This document shows positions 9,036 through 18,758 of a stretch of DNA of 64,000 nucleotides, one piece after another; position 1 is the stretch's first letter; each line of letters starts with the position of its first letter. A program made the translations under genes and the position numbers. The stretch spans positions 3,359-67,358 of the forward strand of contig CAUQIW010000014.1 in NCBI GenBank assembly GCA_963518515.1, given 5' to 3'. The DNA comes from an uncultured Microbacterium sp. GTDB lineage: Bacteria > Actinomycetota > Actinomycetes > Actinomycetales > Microbacteriaceae. The notes under the pieces are model-generated. The model saw only the letters and a program-made list of their open reading frames with translations, was not told the origin of the DNA and made no database searches.

Positions 9036-9114
9036 GCGTCCAGCAAACCCGCCGGCGCGCGGCACGGCCAGCGCGGTCGACACGCGCCGACACATTCCGG
9101 GACGGGGTCGGGGC

Positions 9115-9810
9115 TCAGTGCGGCCGCGGGTCGGGCATGATCGTGTCGACCTGAGGTTTGTCGTGCGCCTGCGCCCGGCACCAGACCACGAACCCGACGG
9201 CGGTGAAGACGCCGTAGAACACGTACATGAACCCCGTCGCGTAGAAGCCCGAGCTGAAGAGCAGCGGCACGCCCACGACGTCGACCGCTATCCAGATCAA
9301 CCAGAACTCGGTCCAGCCCTTGGCCATGCCATACGTCGCGAGCAGCGAGCCGACGAAGGTCCAGGCGTCGGCCCAGACGGGTTCCCACGATCCGAGCAGA
9401 CGGAACAGCGGCGTCAGCGCGATCGTGCCGATCACCATCACCAGCACGAGCCCGATGCGAGCGCTGGTCGGTGCCCAGTGAGGAGTGACCCGACCGCCGG
9501 ACGTTGCCGCCTGCTTCCAGCGGATCCAGCCGTAGATCGCGACAACGATGAACATGATCTGGCGCCCGGCCTGTCCGAGGAGGTGCGGCAGCGAGTGGTC
9601 GGGATTCAGGATCGATCCGAGGAACACTGTGAGGAGCAGCAGATTGCCGACGATGCCGACCGGCCAGGCCCAGATCTTGCGGCGCATGCCGCCCAGGGCG
9701 CTCGCGAGGCCGAACACGTTGCCGACGACCTCGCGCACCAGCAGCGTCTGGCCTCCGGGAAGCACCCACTGCGAGTTGAAGGCGTCGGCGAGCCACAGCA
9801 GCAGATTCAT
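9115..9810 (-). CDS. pnuC: nicotinamide riboside transporter PnuC
   Basis: About 7 TM helices and PnuC-like motifs (WPVGIVGNLLL, YGWIRW, WLIWIAVDVVGVPL). ATGA overlap with the upstream GNAT gene. Confidence 0.8.
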   Translation of the reverse strand: MNLLLWLADAFNSQWVLPGGQTLLVREVVGNVFGLASALGGMRRKIWAWPVGIVGNLLLLTVFLGSILNPDHSLPHLLGQAGRQIMFIVVAIYGWIRWKQAATSGGRVTPHWAPTSARIGLVLVMVIGTIALTPLFRLLGSWEPVWADAWTFVGSLLATYGMAKGWTEFWLIWIAVDVVGVPLLFSSGFYATGFMYVFYGVFTAVGFVVWCRAQAHDKPQVDTIMPDPRPH

Positions 9811-10343
9811 GCGGGTCCTGCCGCGGACTCGGGCCACGGACGCTCGTCGAGCACCAGTTGCAGCAGGGTGAGGTCGAGCCATCGCCCGAACTTGGCGCCG
9901 ACCTGCGGCATCCGTCCGACCTGCGTGAAGCCGAGGCGCTTGTGCATGACGATCGATCCCAGGTTCGTGCTGTCGACCGCGGCGACCATGACGTGCACGC
10001 CGAGCGTGCGCGCGCGCTCGATGAGCTCGACCATCAGCGCCTTGCCGATGCCGCGGCCGCGCTCGCCGTCGCGCACGTAGACGGAGTGCTCGACCGTATG
10101 GCGGAATCCGCTGTGCGGACGAAAGCCCCCGAACGAGGCGTATCCGACGAGACCGCTCTCGTCGACGGCGACGATCACGGGGAAGCCGCGGTCCGCACGC
10201 TCGGCCAGCCAGGCGGCACGGTCGGCGACGTCGACGGGATCCTCGTTCCAGATCGCCGTCGTGTTCGCCACGGCGTCGTTGTGGATCGCCGTGATCGCCT
10301 CGAGGTCGGCGGTCTCGGCATCCCTGATGTTCACGTCGGTCAT
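9807..10343 (-). CDS. GNAT N-acetyltransferase (phosphinothricin / methionine sulfoximine acetyltransferase-like)
   Basis: 178 aa with the acetyl-CoA binding motif RGRGIGKAL and PAT/YwnH-like overall sequence. Confidence 0.85.
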   Translation of the reverse strand: MTDVNIRDAETADLEAITAIHNDAVANTTAIWNEDPVDVADRAAWLAERADRGFPVIVAVDESGLVGYASFGGFRPHSGFRHTVEHSVYVRDGERGRGIGKALMVELIERARTLGVHVMVAAVDSTNLGSIVMHKRLGFTQVGRMPQVGAKFGRWLDLTLLQLVLDERPWPESAAGPA

Positions 10344-10455
10344 CGCGTCTCCTGCATCTGCGCTCTGAGGCGCAGGGATGACGCTAGCAGGATGCTCGGG
10401 GGCCGACGTTCGGGCGACTCAGCGCTTCGCGCTCGGCACGGCGCCCGTCGCGAGA

Positions 10456-11397
10456 TCAGCCGTTCTCCGGCAGCCACTGCGTGAGCTTCGCCGGGTTGAG
10501 CGCGATCCATATGCGGCTGACGGCGCCGTGCTCGACGAGCAGATCCACGACCGAGACGACGGCTCCGTTCTCGCGGAAGACGAGGCCGAGTCCGCCGGCC
10601 AGCCGCTGCGGCTGCACGACGAGCTGCGGGCGCTTGGCGGCGATCCCGAGCAGGAACCGGGCGACGTTGTCGGAGCCGGCGACGACGTTGCGCGCGGCAG
10701 AGACCACGCCACCACCGTCGCTGCGCAGCTCGACGTCGGGCGCGAGCACCCGCATGAGGGTCTGCACCTCGCCGGTGCGTGCGGCCTCGTGGAACGCCCG
10801 GACGACTCGATCGTGCTCCGCCCGGGGCACCGCGATCGCTCGGTTCTCCCGCACGTGGCGGCGCGCGGTCGACGCGAGCTGACGCGCCGCAGCGGGCGAG
10901 CGGCCGACGATCTGCGCGATCTCGTCGAAGGGCACGTCGAAGACGTCGTGCAGTACGAACGCGACACGCTCGGCCGGGGTCATCGCCTCGAGGACGATCA
11001 GGAGCGCCGTCGACACATCGTCGTCGAGCGTCACTCGATCGAGCGGGTCGTCGCTTGATCCGCTCGATCCGCTCGATCCGCTCGATCCGCTCGTCGGGCG
11101 ACGGCCGATCGCGCCCGCGAACATCTCTTCCGGCACCGGTTCGGGCAGCCACTGACCGACGTAGTGCTCGCGTCGGTGTCGGGCCGAGCCCAGCAGATCG
11201 AGACCGACGCGCCCGGCGACCGTCGTGAGCCAGGCCGCCGGGTTCCTGATCGCCTCGCGCTCGGCGTCGTCGAGCCGATACCAGCGCAGATACGTCTCCT
11301 GCACGATGTCCTCGGCGTCGGCGAGAGTGCCGGTCACCCGATAGCCCAGGGCGAGCAGACGCCGACGTTCATGCAGGACCTCGTCGATGTCGGGCAC
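10456..11397 (-). CDS. ECF sigma factor with SnoaL-like C-terminal extension (SigJ / ECF41-like)
   Basis: Sigma-2 region (AEDIVQETYLRWY), sigma-4 HTH (FDEIAQIVGRSPAAARQLASTARRHV) and a C-terminal extension of about 130 aa. GTG 11397 is chosen as the start. The linker contains a GSSGSSGSSGSS repeat. Confidence 0.85.
   Translation of the reverse strand: MPDIDEVLHERRRLLALGYRVTGTLADAEDIVQETYLRWYRLDDAEREAIRNPAAWLTTVAGRVGLDLLGSARHRREHYVGQWLPEPVPEEMFAGAIGRRPTSGSSGSSGSSGSSDDPLDRVTLDDDVSTALLIVLEAMTPAERVAFVLHDVFDVPFDEIAQIVGRSPAAARQLASTARRHVRENRAIAVPRAEHDRVVRAFHEAARTGEVQTLMRVLAPDVELRSDGGGVVSAARNVVAGSDNVARFLLGIAAKRPQLVVQPQRLAGGLGLVFRENGAVVSVVDLLVEHGAVSRIWIALNPAKLTQWLPENG
11057..11092. repeat. perfect tandem repeat (GATCCGCTC)x4 inside the sigma factor linker
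   Basis: Four exact 9-bp units read directly. In frame on the minus strand they encode (GSS)4. Confidence 0.95.
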
Positions 11398-11588
11398 ACT
11401 GTCTCCTCGGTCTCCGGCGATGCCTCGCCCTTCGCCCTCGCAGGATATTCGTGTTTTCCACCCGGCCGCCTCACACATGGCATCGCTGCGTCGTCGTCAT
11501 GTGTGGAGCCGCGCTCGTGAGCGGGTGTCGCACGGAGCGTGCGAGTCTTCACGGAGCGCGGGTGGCCGCGAAAAGAGAGGGTGATCGG

Positions 11589-12350
11589 GTGAGGATAGCG
11601 GTGGCGGGCGGAACAGGCGTCGTGGGGCGGTACACGGTCGAGGCGGCGCGGGCCGCGGGGCACGATGTGGTCGTGCTGTCGAGGGCGCGCGGGGTCGACG
11701 TGCTGTCGGGTGCGGGAGTCGTCGAGGCGATGACGAGAGCGGATGCCGTGATCGACGTCACGAACGTCACCACTCTCTCTGCCGCGAAGGCGACGGCGTT
11801 CTTCGAGGCCGCGACGCGCACGCTGCTCTCGGCAGAGCAGAAGCTCGGGGTCGACCATCACGTGGCGTTGTCGATCGTGGGAATCGACGGCATCGATTCG
11901 TCGTACTACGCGGGCAAGCTCGCGCAGGAGCGCGCAGTGGCCGCAGGCTCGGTGCCGTTCACGATCGCGCGTGCGGCGCAGTTCCACGAGTTCGCCGGGC
12001 AGCTGCTCGACGGCATGCGCGGGCCGATCGCCCTCATGCCGAAGACGCTGATGCGCCCGGTGGCCGCGCGCGAGGTCGGGGAGCATCTCGTGCGGGTCGC
12101 CGAGGACGGTGCCGTCGGCCGCGCTCGAGACCTCGTGGGGCCGCGGGATGAGATCCTGGTCGAGGTCGCGCGCCGCCAGCTGGCGTTCGACGGCATTCGA
12201 CGTGCTGTCTTGGGTGTGCGTATTCCGGGCGCATACGGTCGCGGCCTGGCGTCCGGTTCATTGCGTGGCGCCCCCGACGCTCTTCGGGGCGAGGTGACCT
12301 TCGACGAGTGGCTCCGTGGCGGGGATCACCGGGTGCCGAACGCCCGGTAG
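11589..12350 (+). CDS. NAD(P)H-binding SDR / NmrA-like oxidoreductase
   Basis: The N-terminal Rossmann motif VAGGTGVVG follows GTG 11589, with AAAAGAGAGGG upstream. Divergent from the ECF41-like sigma gene. Confidence 0.8.
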   Translation: MRIAVAGGTGVVGRYTVEAARAAGHDVVVLSRARGVDVLSGAGVVEAMTRADAVIDVTNVTTLSAAKATAFFEAATRTLLSAEQKLGVDHHVALSIVGIDGIDSSYYAGKLAQERAVAAGSVPFTIARAAQFHEFAGQLLDGMRGPIALMPKTLMRPVAAREVGEHLVRVAEDGAVGRARDLVGPRDEILVEVARRQLAFDGIRRAVLGVRIPGAYGRGLASGSLRGAPDALRGEVTFDEWLRGGDHRVPNAR

Positions 12351-12372
12351 CCCATGCCGGCATATCGCCTGA

Positions 12373-12394
12373 GTTTAGAACATATGTTCTAAAC
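12373..12394. promoter_or_regulatory. candidate LexA (SOS) box: perfect 22-bp palindrome GTTTAGAACATATGTTCTAAAC
   Basis: The core GAAC-N4-GTTC matches the Gram-positive/actinobacterial SOS box (mycobacterial consensus TCGAAC-N4-GTTCGA). It ends 1 nt before the GGAGG RBS of the DUF222-HNH gene and is AT-rich in a GC-rich genome. Confidence 0.6.
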
Positions 12395-12401
12395 TGGAGG
12401 C

Positions 12402-13751
12402 ATGTCCACCACCCGCCTGACCCCCGTGCTCGAGGCCGCTGAGCGCCTCGAGACGACGTGGGGCGAGGCTGATGGCGCGTCTGGGCTGTCACGCCGGCAG
12501 TTGGTGGACGCGCTCCGCGCGATCGGAGATCTGCAACGATGCGTCGACGGTCTGCACGCCGAGATCGCCGCCGGAATCGCCCACGAATCGCGACCCGAGC
12601 TCGGTCCTTCCGGACTTGCGAAGGAGCAGGGCTTTCGCAGCGCTGCTGCTCTGATCGCGGCGACGTCCGGCGGTTCGACAGGGGATGCCGCACGGCTCGT
12701 GCGGGTGGGTCAGGCCGCAGCGCCTCGCTCCGACCTTCTCGGCAGCCCGCTGCCCGCGAGGTACCCGGCGCTCGCCGCAGCGCTCGCCGCCGGCGCTCTC
12801 TCGCTGCATGCGGCGGCGCTCATCGTCGCGCTGCTCGAGCGCGTGCGGCTGAAAGTCGGGTCTGCCCGCCTCGACGAGGCGGAGAGGCTGCTCGTCGCTC
12901 GCGCCGAAGGCATGCCTCTCGATGATGTCCGCACGCTCGTGGCACGAGCGGAGGCGTGGCTCGACCCCGACGGGGTGGCGCCGAAGGAGCAGGAGGCGCG
13001 AGATCGGCGCTCTCTGACCATGTTCGAGCGCGACGGATCACTTCATCTGAACCTGCAGACCGACATCGCATCGGGAGCGCCCATCAAGGCGGCGATCCAG
13101 GCGTTCGTGACGGCGACCTTCCGGGCGCGCCTCACCTCTCCTGACCCGGATGCCCCTGATGCAGACCGTCGCACGGTGGCGATGATCCAGGCCGATGCGC
13201 TCACGGCCATCTGCGAGCACGCGATCGGATGCGACAACGGCGGCATGCCCGCAGCGGGCGCGACGGTCGTCATCCGGATGAACCTCGAGGACCTGACCGC
13301 GGGAACGGGCGTCGCGACGATCGACGGCTGCGATCAGCCGGTGAGCGCCGCCACCTGCCGCCGGATGGCGGCGAGTGGAGGGGTGATCCCGGTCGTTCTC
13401 GGAGGGGCGAGCGAGATCCTCGACTGGGGCCGAGAGAAGCGGCTCTTCACCAGGGCGCAGCGACGGGCGCTGGTCGAGCGGGACGGCGGATGCGTGATGT
13501 GCAGCCTCCCTCCCCAGATGACCAAGGCGCATCACCTCAGATGGTGGCAGCGCGACGCCGGTCCGACCGACGTGGACAACGGCGTGCTGCTGTGCGAATC
13601 GTGTCACCACCGCATCCATGACAACGGCTGGGAGGTGCGCATCGACGGCATCGGCACGGCCGCGAGGGTCTGGCTGATCCCGCCGGCCTCGGTCGACCTG
13701 GCGAGGACGCCACGGCTCGTCGGTCGCGCCCGCTATGACGTCGCAGCGTGA
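12402..13751 (+). CDS. DUF222 / HNH endonuclease domain protein (13E12-repeat-like family)
   Basis: C-terminal HNH signature (HHLRWWQRDAGPTDVDNGVLLCESCHHRIH) and an N-terminal DUF222-like helical region. ATG is preceded by GGAGG. Confidence 0.9.
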   Translation: MSTTRLTPVLEAAERLETTWGEADGASGLSRRQLVDALRAIGDLQRCVDGLHAEIAAGIAHESRPELGPSGLAKEQGFRSAAALIAATSGGSTGDAARLVRVGQAAAPRSDLLGSPLPARYPALAAALAAGALSLHAAALIVALLERVRLKVGSARLDEAERLLVARAEGMPLDDVRTLVARAEAWLDPDGVAPKEQEARDRRSLTMFERDGSLHLNLQTDIASGAPIKAAIQAFVTATFRARLTSPDPDAPDADRRTVAMIQADALTAICEHAIGCDNGGMPAAGATVVIRMNLEDLTAGTGVATIDGCDQPVSAATCRRMAASGGVIPVVLGGASEILDWGREKRLFTRAQRRALVERDGGCVMCSLPPQMTKAHHLRWWQRDAGPTDVDNGVLLCESCHHRIHDNGWEVRIDGIGTAARVWLIPPASVDLARTPRLVGRARYDVAA

Positions 13752-13776
13752 ACGGGGTGCCTCGTGTTACGAAGAG

Positions 13777-14694
13777 TCACGCGTGCACGTCGGCCGGCGA
13801 TTCCTCGCCCTCGTGGAAGCTGGGCTTCTTGCCCAGGAGCCGTCCGATGCCGAGGATGATGCCGACGATGATGAGTCCGGCGGCCAGTCCCGCGATCGCC
13901 GAGAAGAGGGTGTCGCCGATCCACACGATCACACCGCCGAGGGGCTCGAGGGCGTGCTCGATGCCGTGCAGGATGTCGGCGCCGAAGTGCACGCCGACCT
14001 CGCCGAGGTTCACGAGCAGCAGATGACCGCCTACCCAGAGCATCGCGACAGTGCCCAGGATGCTGATGAAGCGGAAGACCGCGGGCATCGAGCGCACGAT
14101 GCGCATGCCGGTGTGGCGCACGCGCTTCTCGCGGTTCTTCGCCATCTTGAGCCCGATGTCGTCGATCTTCACGAGCAGCGCGACGGCGCCGTAGACGACG
14201 CCGGTCATGAGCAGGGCGATGACCGCCAGGATCGCGAGAGTCGTCCAGACGTCGAGTCCCGCCTCGAGGTTCGACAGCGAGATGAGCATGATCTCGGTCG
14301 AGAGGATCAGGTCGGTGCGCACCGCGCCCCAGACGAGCTTGTTCTCGTTGCGGTCGGTCTCATCGGCGTGGCCGTGCTGCACCCCGAACCACTCGAGCAC
14401 CTTCTCGGCACCCTCGAAGCACAGGTATGCGCCGCCGAGGATCAGCAGGTACGGCAGCACCCACGGCGCGAACGCGGTGAGCAGCAGAGCCACCGGGATG
14501 ATGATGATGAACTTGTTCGCGAGGGAGCCCACCGCGATCTTCGCGACCACGGGCAGCTCGCGCGCGGGCGTGATGCCCTGCACGTACTGCGGAGTGACCG
14601 CGGCATCGTCGATCACGACGCCGGCCGCCTTCGCCGACGCCTTCATCGCCGCGCTGAGAATGTCATCGACGACCGCGAGCAGTCCAACCGACAT
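13777..14694 (-). CDS. DUF808 family membrane protein (YedI-like)
   Basis: [38 protein letters not shown]... is the characteristic DUF808 N-terminus, followed by multiple TM helices. Confidence 0.85.
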   Translation of the reverse strand: MSVGLLAVVDDILSAAMKASAKAAGVVIDDAAVTPQYVQGITPARELPVVAKIAVGSLANKFIIIIPVALLLTAFAPWVLPYLLILGGAYLCFEGAEKVLEWFGVQHGHADETDRNENKLVWGAVRTDLILSTEIMLISLSNLEAGLDVWTTLAILAVIALLMTGVVYGAVALLVKIDDIGLKMAKNREKRVRHTGMRIVRSMPAVFRFISILGTVAMLWVGGHLLLVNLGEVGVHFGADILHGIEHALEPLGGVIVWIGDTLFSAIAGLAAGLIIVGIILGIGRLLGKKPSFHEGEESPADVHA

Positions 14695-14845
14695 GTGTCC
14701 CCCTGTGCTGTGTGTATGGCGGAGCAACTCTATCGACTACTCGCAAACTCACAGCGCGTTCCCAGTCCCGAGGGACCAAATCCGGCGGCTCCGCGGTTCT
14801 CCTCTAAGACGCTGCAGCCAGCCGCGTCGGACAAGGAGACAGATC

Positions 14846-15325
14846 ATGTCGAACGACTACGGCAGGACCCCCGAGGCCGTCAGCGGCCTCAGCAACATCC
14901 AGTACGAGGTGACCCAGCAGGACGCGACCGAGCCGCCGTTCCGCAACGCCTACTGGAACACCCACGACGCCGGCATCTACGTCGATGTCGTCTCCGGCCA
15001 GCCGCTCTTCTCATCGACCGACAAGTTCGACAGCGGCACCGGATGGCCGAGCTTCACCAAGCCCATCGAGAACGAGGCCGTGACAACGCGCACCGACCGT
15101 ACGCTGTGGATGAAGCGCACGGAGGCCCGCTCCAGCGGAGCCGACAGCCATCTCGGCCACGTCTTCGACGATGGGCCCGCGGCAGACGGCGGACTCCGCT
15201 ACTGCATGAACTCCGCCGCCCTGCGCTTCGTCCCCGCTGACAGACTCGAGGATGAGGGGTACGGTCGCTACCGTCACCTCTTCCCCGGCACAGACACCAC
15301 CGCACACTCTGAGGAGCAGTCATGA
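14846..15325 (+). CDS. msrB: peptide-methionine (R)-S-oxide reductase MsrB (single-Cys, zinc-free form)
   Basis: GWPSF, HLGHVF and RYCMNS motifs. AAGGAG RBS. Lacks both CxxC zinc-binding pairs. Confidence 0.95.
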   Translation: MSNDYGRTPEAVSGLSNIQYEVTQQDATEPPFRNAYWNTHDAGIYVDVVSGQPLFSSTDKFDSGTGWPSFTKPIENEAVTTRTDRTLWMKRTEARSSGADSHLGHVFDDGPAADGGLRYCMNSAALRFVPADRLEDEGYGRYRHLFPGTDTTAHSEEQS

Positions 15326-15867
15326 CCGACACCGGAACCATCACCCGCACCCCCGGGACCGAGACCGCCGTGCTCGCCGGCGGATGCTTCTGGGGCATGG
15401 AAGACCTGATCCGCCGCCAGCCCGGGGTCCTCGACACCCGCGTCGGATACACCGGCGGGCAGAACGACCACGCGACCTACCGCAACCACCCCGGCCACGC
15501 CGAGGCCGTGGAGATCGTCTTCGATCCCACGAAGACCACGTACCGCGACATCCTGGCCTTCTTCTTCCAGATCCACGACCCGTCGACGCTCGATCGTCAG
15601 GGCAACGACATCGGATCGAGCTACCGCTCGGCGATCTTCCCGCTCAGCCCCGAGCAGCAGACCGTCGCCCGTGAGACGATCGCCGACGTCGACGCCTCGG
15701 GCCTCTGGCCGGGCAAGGCCGTGACGACGATCGAGGCCGAGGGGCCGTTCTGGCAGGCCGAGCCCGAGCACCAGGACTACCTGCAGAAGTACCCCAACGG
15801 CTACACCTGCCACTTCCCGCGTGCGGGATGGGTGCTGCCGCGGCGCGAGCAGAGCGCCACGGTCTGA
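15322..15867 (+). CDS. msrA: peptide-methionine (S)-S-oxide reductase MsrA
   Basis: GGCFWG active-site motif. ATGA overlap with msrB. Confidence 0.95.
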   Translation: MTDTGTITRTPGTETAVLAGGCFWGMEDLIRRQPGVLDTRVGYTGGQNDHATYRNHPGHAEAVEIVFDPTKTTYRDILAFFFQIHDPSTLDRQGNDIGSSYRSAIFPLSPEQQTVARETIADVDASGLWPGKAVTTIEAEGPFWQAEPEHQDYLQKYPNGYTCHFPRAGWVLPRREQSATV

Positions 15868-15886
15868 TCGCCGACCTCGCCGGGGC

Positions 15887-16696
15887 TCAGGCTCCGGCGA
15901 GGAACGCCAGCGCGGCCTCCTTGAAGGCGCGCGACCCCGGTGCGTTGAAGTGATTGCGATCGGGGATCTCGAAGAACTGACCCTGCGGAGCCGCGGCCGC
16001 CAGAGCGCGTGAGCCCTCGATGATCCCGTCCTTCGACCCGGTGGCGAACAGCACCGGACCGGCGGGAGCATTCGACGGGTCGGGGTCGATGGTGCGCGAC
16101 GCCCGCATCCCCTCCGCGAGAGCGACCAGCGCCGCGAGATCGTTGCCGGGCACCCGCTCGGTGAGCGCGATGTAGTTCTGCGTCACGGGATCGGCGACGG
16201 GAGTGCCGTCGGCCAGATAGGCCCGCACCTGATCGAGATCCAGACGGGCGAGGGGGATGCCGTCCGGAACGCCTCCGAGAACGGCGCGTCCGATGCGCTG
16301 CGGCAGATCGCGCACGACCTCCCAGCCCACGCGGGCGCCCAGCGAGTACCCGACGTAGAACGCGTCGTCGACGAGGTACGCGTCCATGACGGTCTCGACG
16401 TCGGTCGCCAGGGTGCGGATGCCGTAGGCATCGGCCTGGTGCGGCTTCTCGCTCAGCCCGTGGCCGCGCTGGTCGAGCGCCAGCACCCGATAGCCGGCCT
16501 TGGTGAGTTCGCGGGTCCAGCCGGTGAGCACCCACGTGTCGCGCGCGCTCGAGGCGAAGCCGTGCACCATCACCACCACAGGGGCGTCGAGCTCTCCCCA
16601 CGTATAGGTCGCGAGGCGCGTGCCGTCGGCCGCGTAGACCTGCTGGGGGTCGGGCATGCGGGTGAGGTCGGAGAGAGGAACAGCCACGGCACCCAT
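15887..16696 (-). CDS. alpha/beta-fold hydrolase
   Basis: HGF oxyanion region (VVMVHGFASS), nucleophile elbow GYSLG and a C-terminal DRNHF histidine region. Confidence 0.85.
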   Translation of the reverse strand: MGAVAVPLSDLTRMPDPQQVYAADGTRLATYTWGELDAPVVVMVHGFASSARDTWVLTGWTRELTKAGYRVLALDQRGHGLSEKPHQADAYGIRTLATDVETVMDAYLVDDAFYVGYSLGARVGWEVVRDLPQRIGRAVLGGVPDGIPLARLDLDQVRAYLADGTPVADPVTQNYIALTERVPGNDLAALVALAEGMRASRTIDPDPSNAPAGPVLFATGSKDGIIEGSRALAAAAPQGQFFEIPDRNHFNAPGSRAFKEAALAFLAGA

Positions 16697-16715
16697 TCTG
16701 CTCCTCCGCGAAGCC

Positions 16716-16767
16716 CCGAGACGAAACGCGGTGACGTACAGATGTACGTCACCGCGTTTCGTCTCGG
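16716..16767. repeat. 52-bp near-perfect palindrome (25-bp arms, 2-nt centre) containing the CGAGACGAAACG repeat module; likely also the catalase terminator
   Basis: CCGAGACGAAACGCGGTGACGTACA / TGTACGTCACCGCGTTTCGTCTCGG read directly. It lies between the catalase stop (16822) and the hydrolase start (16696), both on the minus strand. Confidence 0.85.
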
Positions 16768-16778
16768 TCGGGCCCTTC

Positions 16779-16816
16779 GACAGGCTCAGGGACCCAGAGG
16801 ACAGGCTCAGGGACCC
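16779..16816. repeat. two tandem copies (21-bp period) of GACAGGCTCAGGGACCC
   Basis: Exact 17-mer at 16779-16795 and 16800-16816. The reverse complement recurs at 52725-52741. Confidence 0.9.
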
Positions 16817-16821
16817 GGGGG

Positions 16822-18285
16822 TCAGACCTGTGCGCGCAGGGCGTCTCCGAGAGCCTGGTCGACGTTCGTCCAGTACTGGAAGAAGCGCTCACGGATCCCG
16901 TCGATCGTGATGCTGCGTCCCTGTCCGGTCAGGGTCTCGAGGAAGCGAGCGCGCTGCTCGTCGTCGAAGACCGTGCGGTACAGCGTGCCCGCCTGGCCGA
17001 AGTCGTCGTCATCCAGACGCAGGGTCGCTGCGGCGCGCATGAGCTCGCCGTCCGACTCCCAGCTCGCCTCGACGCCCGCGGCCGGGTCGGCGGTGGGGCC
17101 GCCGGCGGCACCGTACGAGTTCGGCGTGTAGACGCGGTGCTCGGCCGGGTTGAACCGGTACTGCATCTGGCCCTCGTGCATGTAGTTGCGGGTCTCGGCG
17201 GCGTGCGCCTGGTTGACCGGCAGCTGGTTGTAGTTCGTGCCGATGCGGTAGCGCTGAGCATCCGCGTAGGCGAACGCACGGGCCATCAGCATCTTGTCGG
17301 GCGAGATGCCGGTTCCCGGCACCTGGTTGCCGGGCGAGAACGCCGCCTGCTCGATCTCCGCGAAGAAGTTCTGCGGGTTGCGGTCGAGCGTGAACGTGCC
17401 GACCTTGATGCGCGGGTAGTCCTTCTTCGACCAGGTCTTGGTGAGGTCGAACGGGTTGAACCGGTAGGTCTTGCCCTCTTCGTACGTCATGATCTGCACG
17501 TAGACGTCCCACGAGGGTGCGTTTCCGCTGGCGATCGCGTCGAACAGGTCGCGGCGGTAGTAGTCGGCATCCGACCCTGCGAGCTTCTCGGCCTCTTCGG
17601 CGCTCATCGCCTCGACGCCCTGGTTGGAGAGGAAGTGGTACTGCACCCAGAAGCGCTCGCCCTCGGCGTTGATCCACTGGTAGGTGTGCGATCCGTAGCC
17701 GTTCATGTGGCGCCAGCTGCGGGGCAGTCCGCGGTCGCCCATCAGATAGGTCACCTGGTGAGAGGTCTCGGGTGACAGGGTCCAGAAGTCCCACTGCATG
17801 TCGGCGTCGCGCAGACCCGAGTCGCCGAGGCGCTTCTGCGAGTGGATGAAGTCGGGGAACTTCATCGCATCGCGGATGAAGAAGGTCGGGGTGTTGTTGC
17901 CGACGATGTCGAGGTTGCCCTCGGGCGTGTAGAAGCGCAGCGCGAAGCCGCGCACGTCGCGCCAGGTGTCGGGCGATCCCTGCTCTCCGGCGACCGACGA
18001 GAAGCGCAGCAGCGTCTCGCTGGTGGCGCCGGGCTGGAACGCCGCGGCACGGGTGTAGGCAGACACGTCCTCGGTGACCGTGAAGGTTCCGAAGGCTCCG
18101 CCGCCCTTGGCGTGCGGGTTGCGCTCCGGCACGCGCTCGCGGTTGAACGACGCGAGCTTCTCGACGAGGTAGCGGTCGTGCAGGACGGTGGGTCCGTCTG
18201 CTCCGACGGTGAGCGAGTGCGCGTCACTCGCGACGGGGGTTCCCGTCTGGGTGGTGGTCGCGGGTGTGGTCGATGGGTCTGTCAT
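16822..18285 (-). CDS. katA: monofunctional heme catalase (small-subunit type)
   Basis: Catalase motifs [20 protein letters not shown] and the proximal region [15 protein letters not shown] 18285 is preceded by AGGAGGAGAAGAAGAAC. Confidence 0.95.
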   Translation of the reverse strand: MTDPSTTPATTTQTGTPVASDAHSLTVGADGPTVLHDRYLVEKLASFNRERVPERNPHAKGGGAFGTFTVTEDVSAYTRAAAFQPGATSETLLRFSSVAGEQGSPDTWRDVRGFALRFYTPEGNLDIVGNNTPTFFIRDAMKFPDFIHSQKRLGDSGLRDADMQWDFWTLSPETSHQVTYLMGDRGLPRSWRHMNGYGSHTYQWINAEGERFWVQYHFLSNQGVEAMSAEEAEKLAGSDADYYRRDLFDAIASGNAPSWDVYVQIMTYEEGKTYRFNPFDLTKTWSKKDYPRIKVGTFTLDRNPQNFFAEIEQAAFSPGNQVPGTGISPDKMLMARAFAYADAQRYRIGTNYNQLPVNQAHAAETRNYMHEGQMQYRFNPAEHRVYTPNSYGAAGGPTADPAAGVEASWESDGELMRAAATLRLDDDDFGQAGTLYRTVFDDEQRARFLETLTGQGRSITIDGIRERFFQYWTNVDQALGDALRAQV

Positions 18286-18319
18286 GTTCTTCTTCTCCTC
18301 CTGCGCGCGGAAGCGGATG

Positions 18320-18742
18320 CTACTGCGCGCCGTTCTGGCAACTGGAGCACAGGCCCCAGAAGGTGACTTCGGCTGTCCGGACGATGAATCCGCCCGCCGA
18401 AGACGGGGTGAGACACGGCGCCTCGCCGACGATGCAGTCCACGTCGCCGATCGCACCGCACTCGGTGCAGACGATGTGATGGTGGTTGTCGCCGATGCGT
18501 CGTTCGTAGAGGGCCGCGGATCCTGCCGGTTCGATACGACGGAGCAGCCCCGCCGTCGTCAGGTCCGCGAGGATGTTGTGCACCGACTGGATGGATGTCG
18601 TCGGCAGCACTGCGGACACGGCGCGGTAGACCCGCTCCGCATCGCTGTGGGCCATGGATTCGAGCGCGTCGAGCACCGCGATCCGGCCGGCCGTCGCCCG
18701 CAGTCCCGCGTCGTGAAGCGCGGAGTCGTGGTCGATGGGCAT
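18320..18742 (-). CDS. Fur-family transcriptional regulator (FurA/CatR/PerR-like, peroxide-type by context)
   Basis: Winged-helix N-terminus and metal motifs [10 protein letters not shown] ... CSSC. It lies 34 nt upstream of and co-directional with the catalase gene, like mycobacterial furA-katG. Confidence 0.9.
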   Translation of the reverse strand: MPIDHDSALHDAGLRATAGRIAVLDALESMAHSDAERVYRAVSAVLPTTSIQSVHNILADLTTAGLLRRIEPAGSAALYERRIGDNHHHIVCTECGAIGDVDCIVGEAPCLTPSSAGGFIVRTAEVTFWGLCSSCQNGAQ

Positions 18743-18758
18743 GCCCCGACTCTAGCCC

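Noticed and set aside
11471-11498. ECF41-type promoter (TGTCACA-N16-CGTC) in front of the NmrA-like gene
   Set aside because: Only an approximate -35 (TCACACA) is present. CGTC occurs at spacers of 11, 14 and 17 nt but not 16. This is too weak to call without a matrix search or transcription start site data.
12402-13751. DUF222-HNH gene as a mobile element or prophage remnant
   Set aside because: There is no integrase, transposase, flanking direct or inverted repeats, or tRNA target in the neighbourhood. Composition looks native. It is treated as a chromosomal SOS-type gene.
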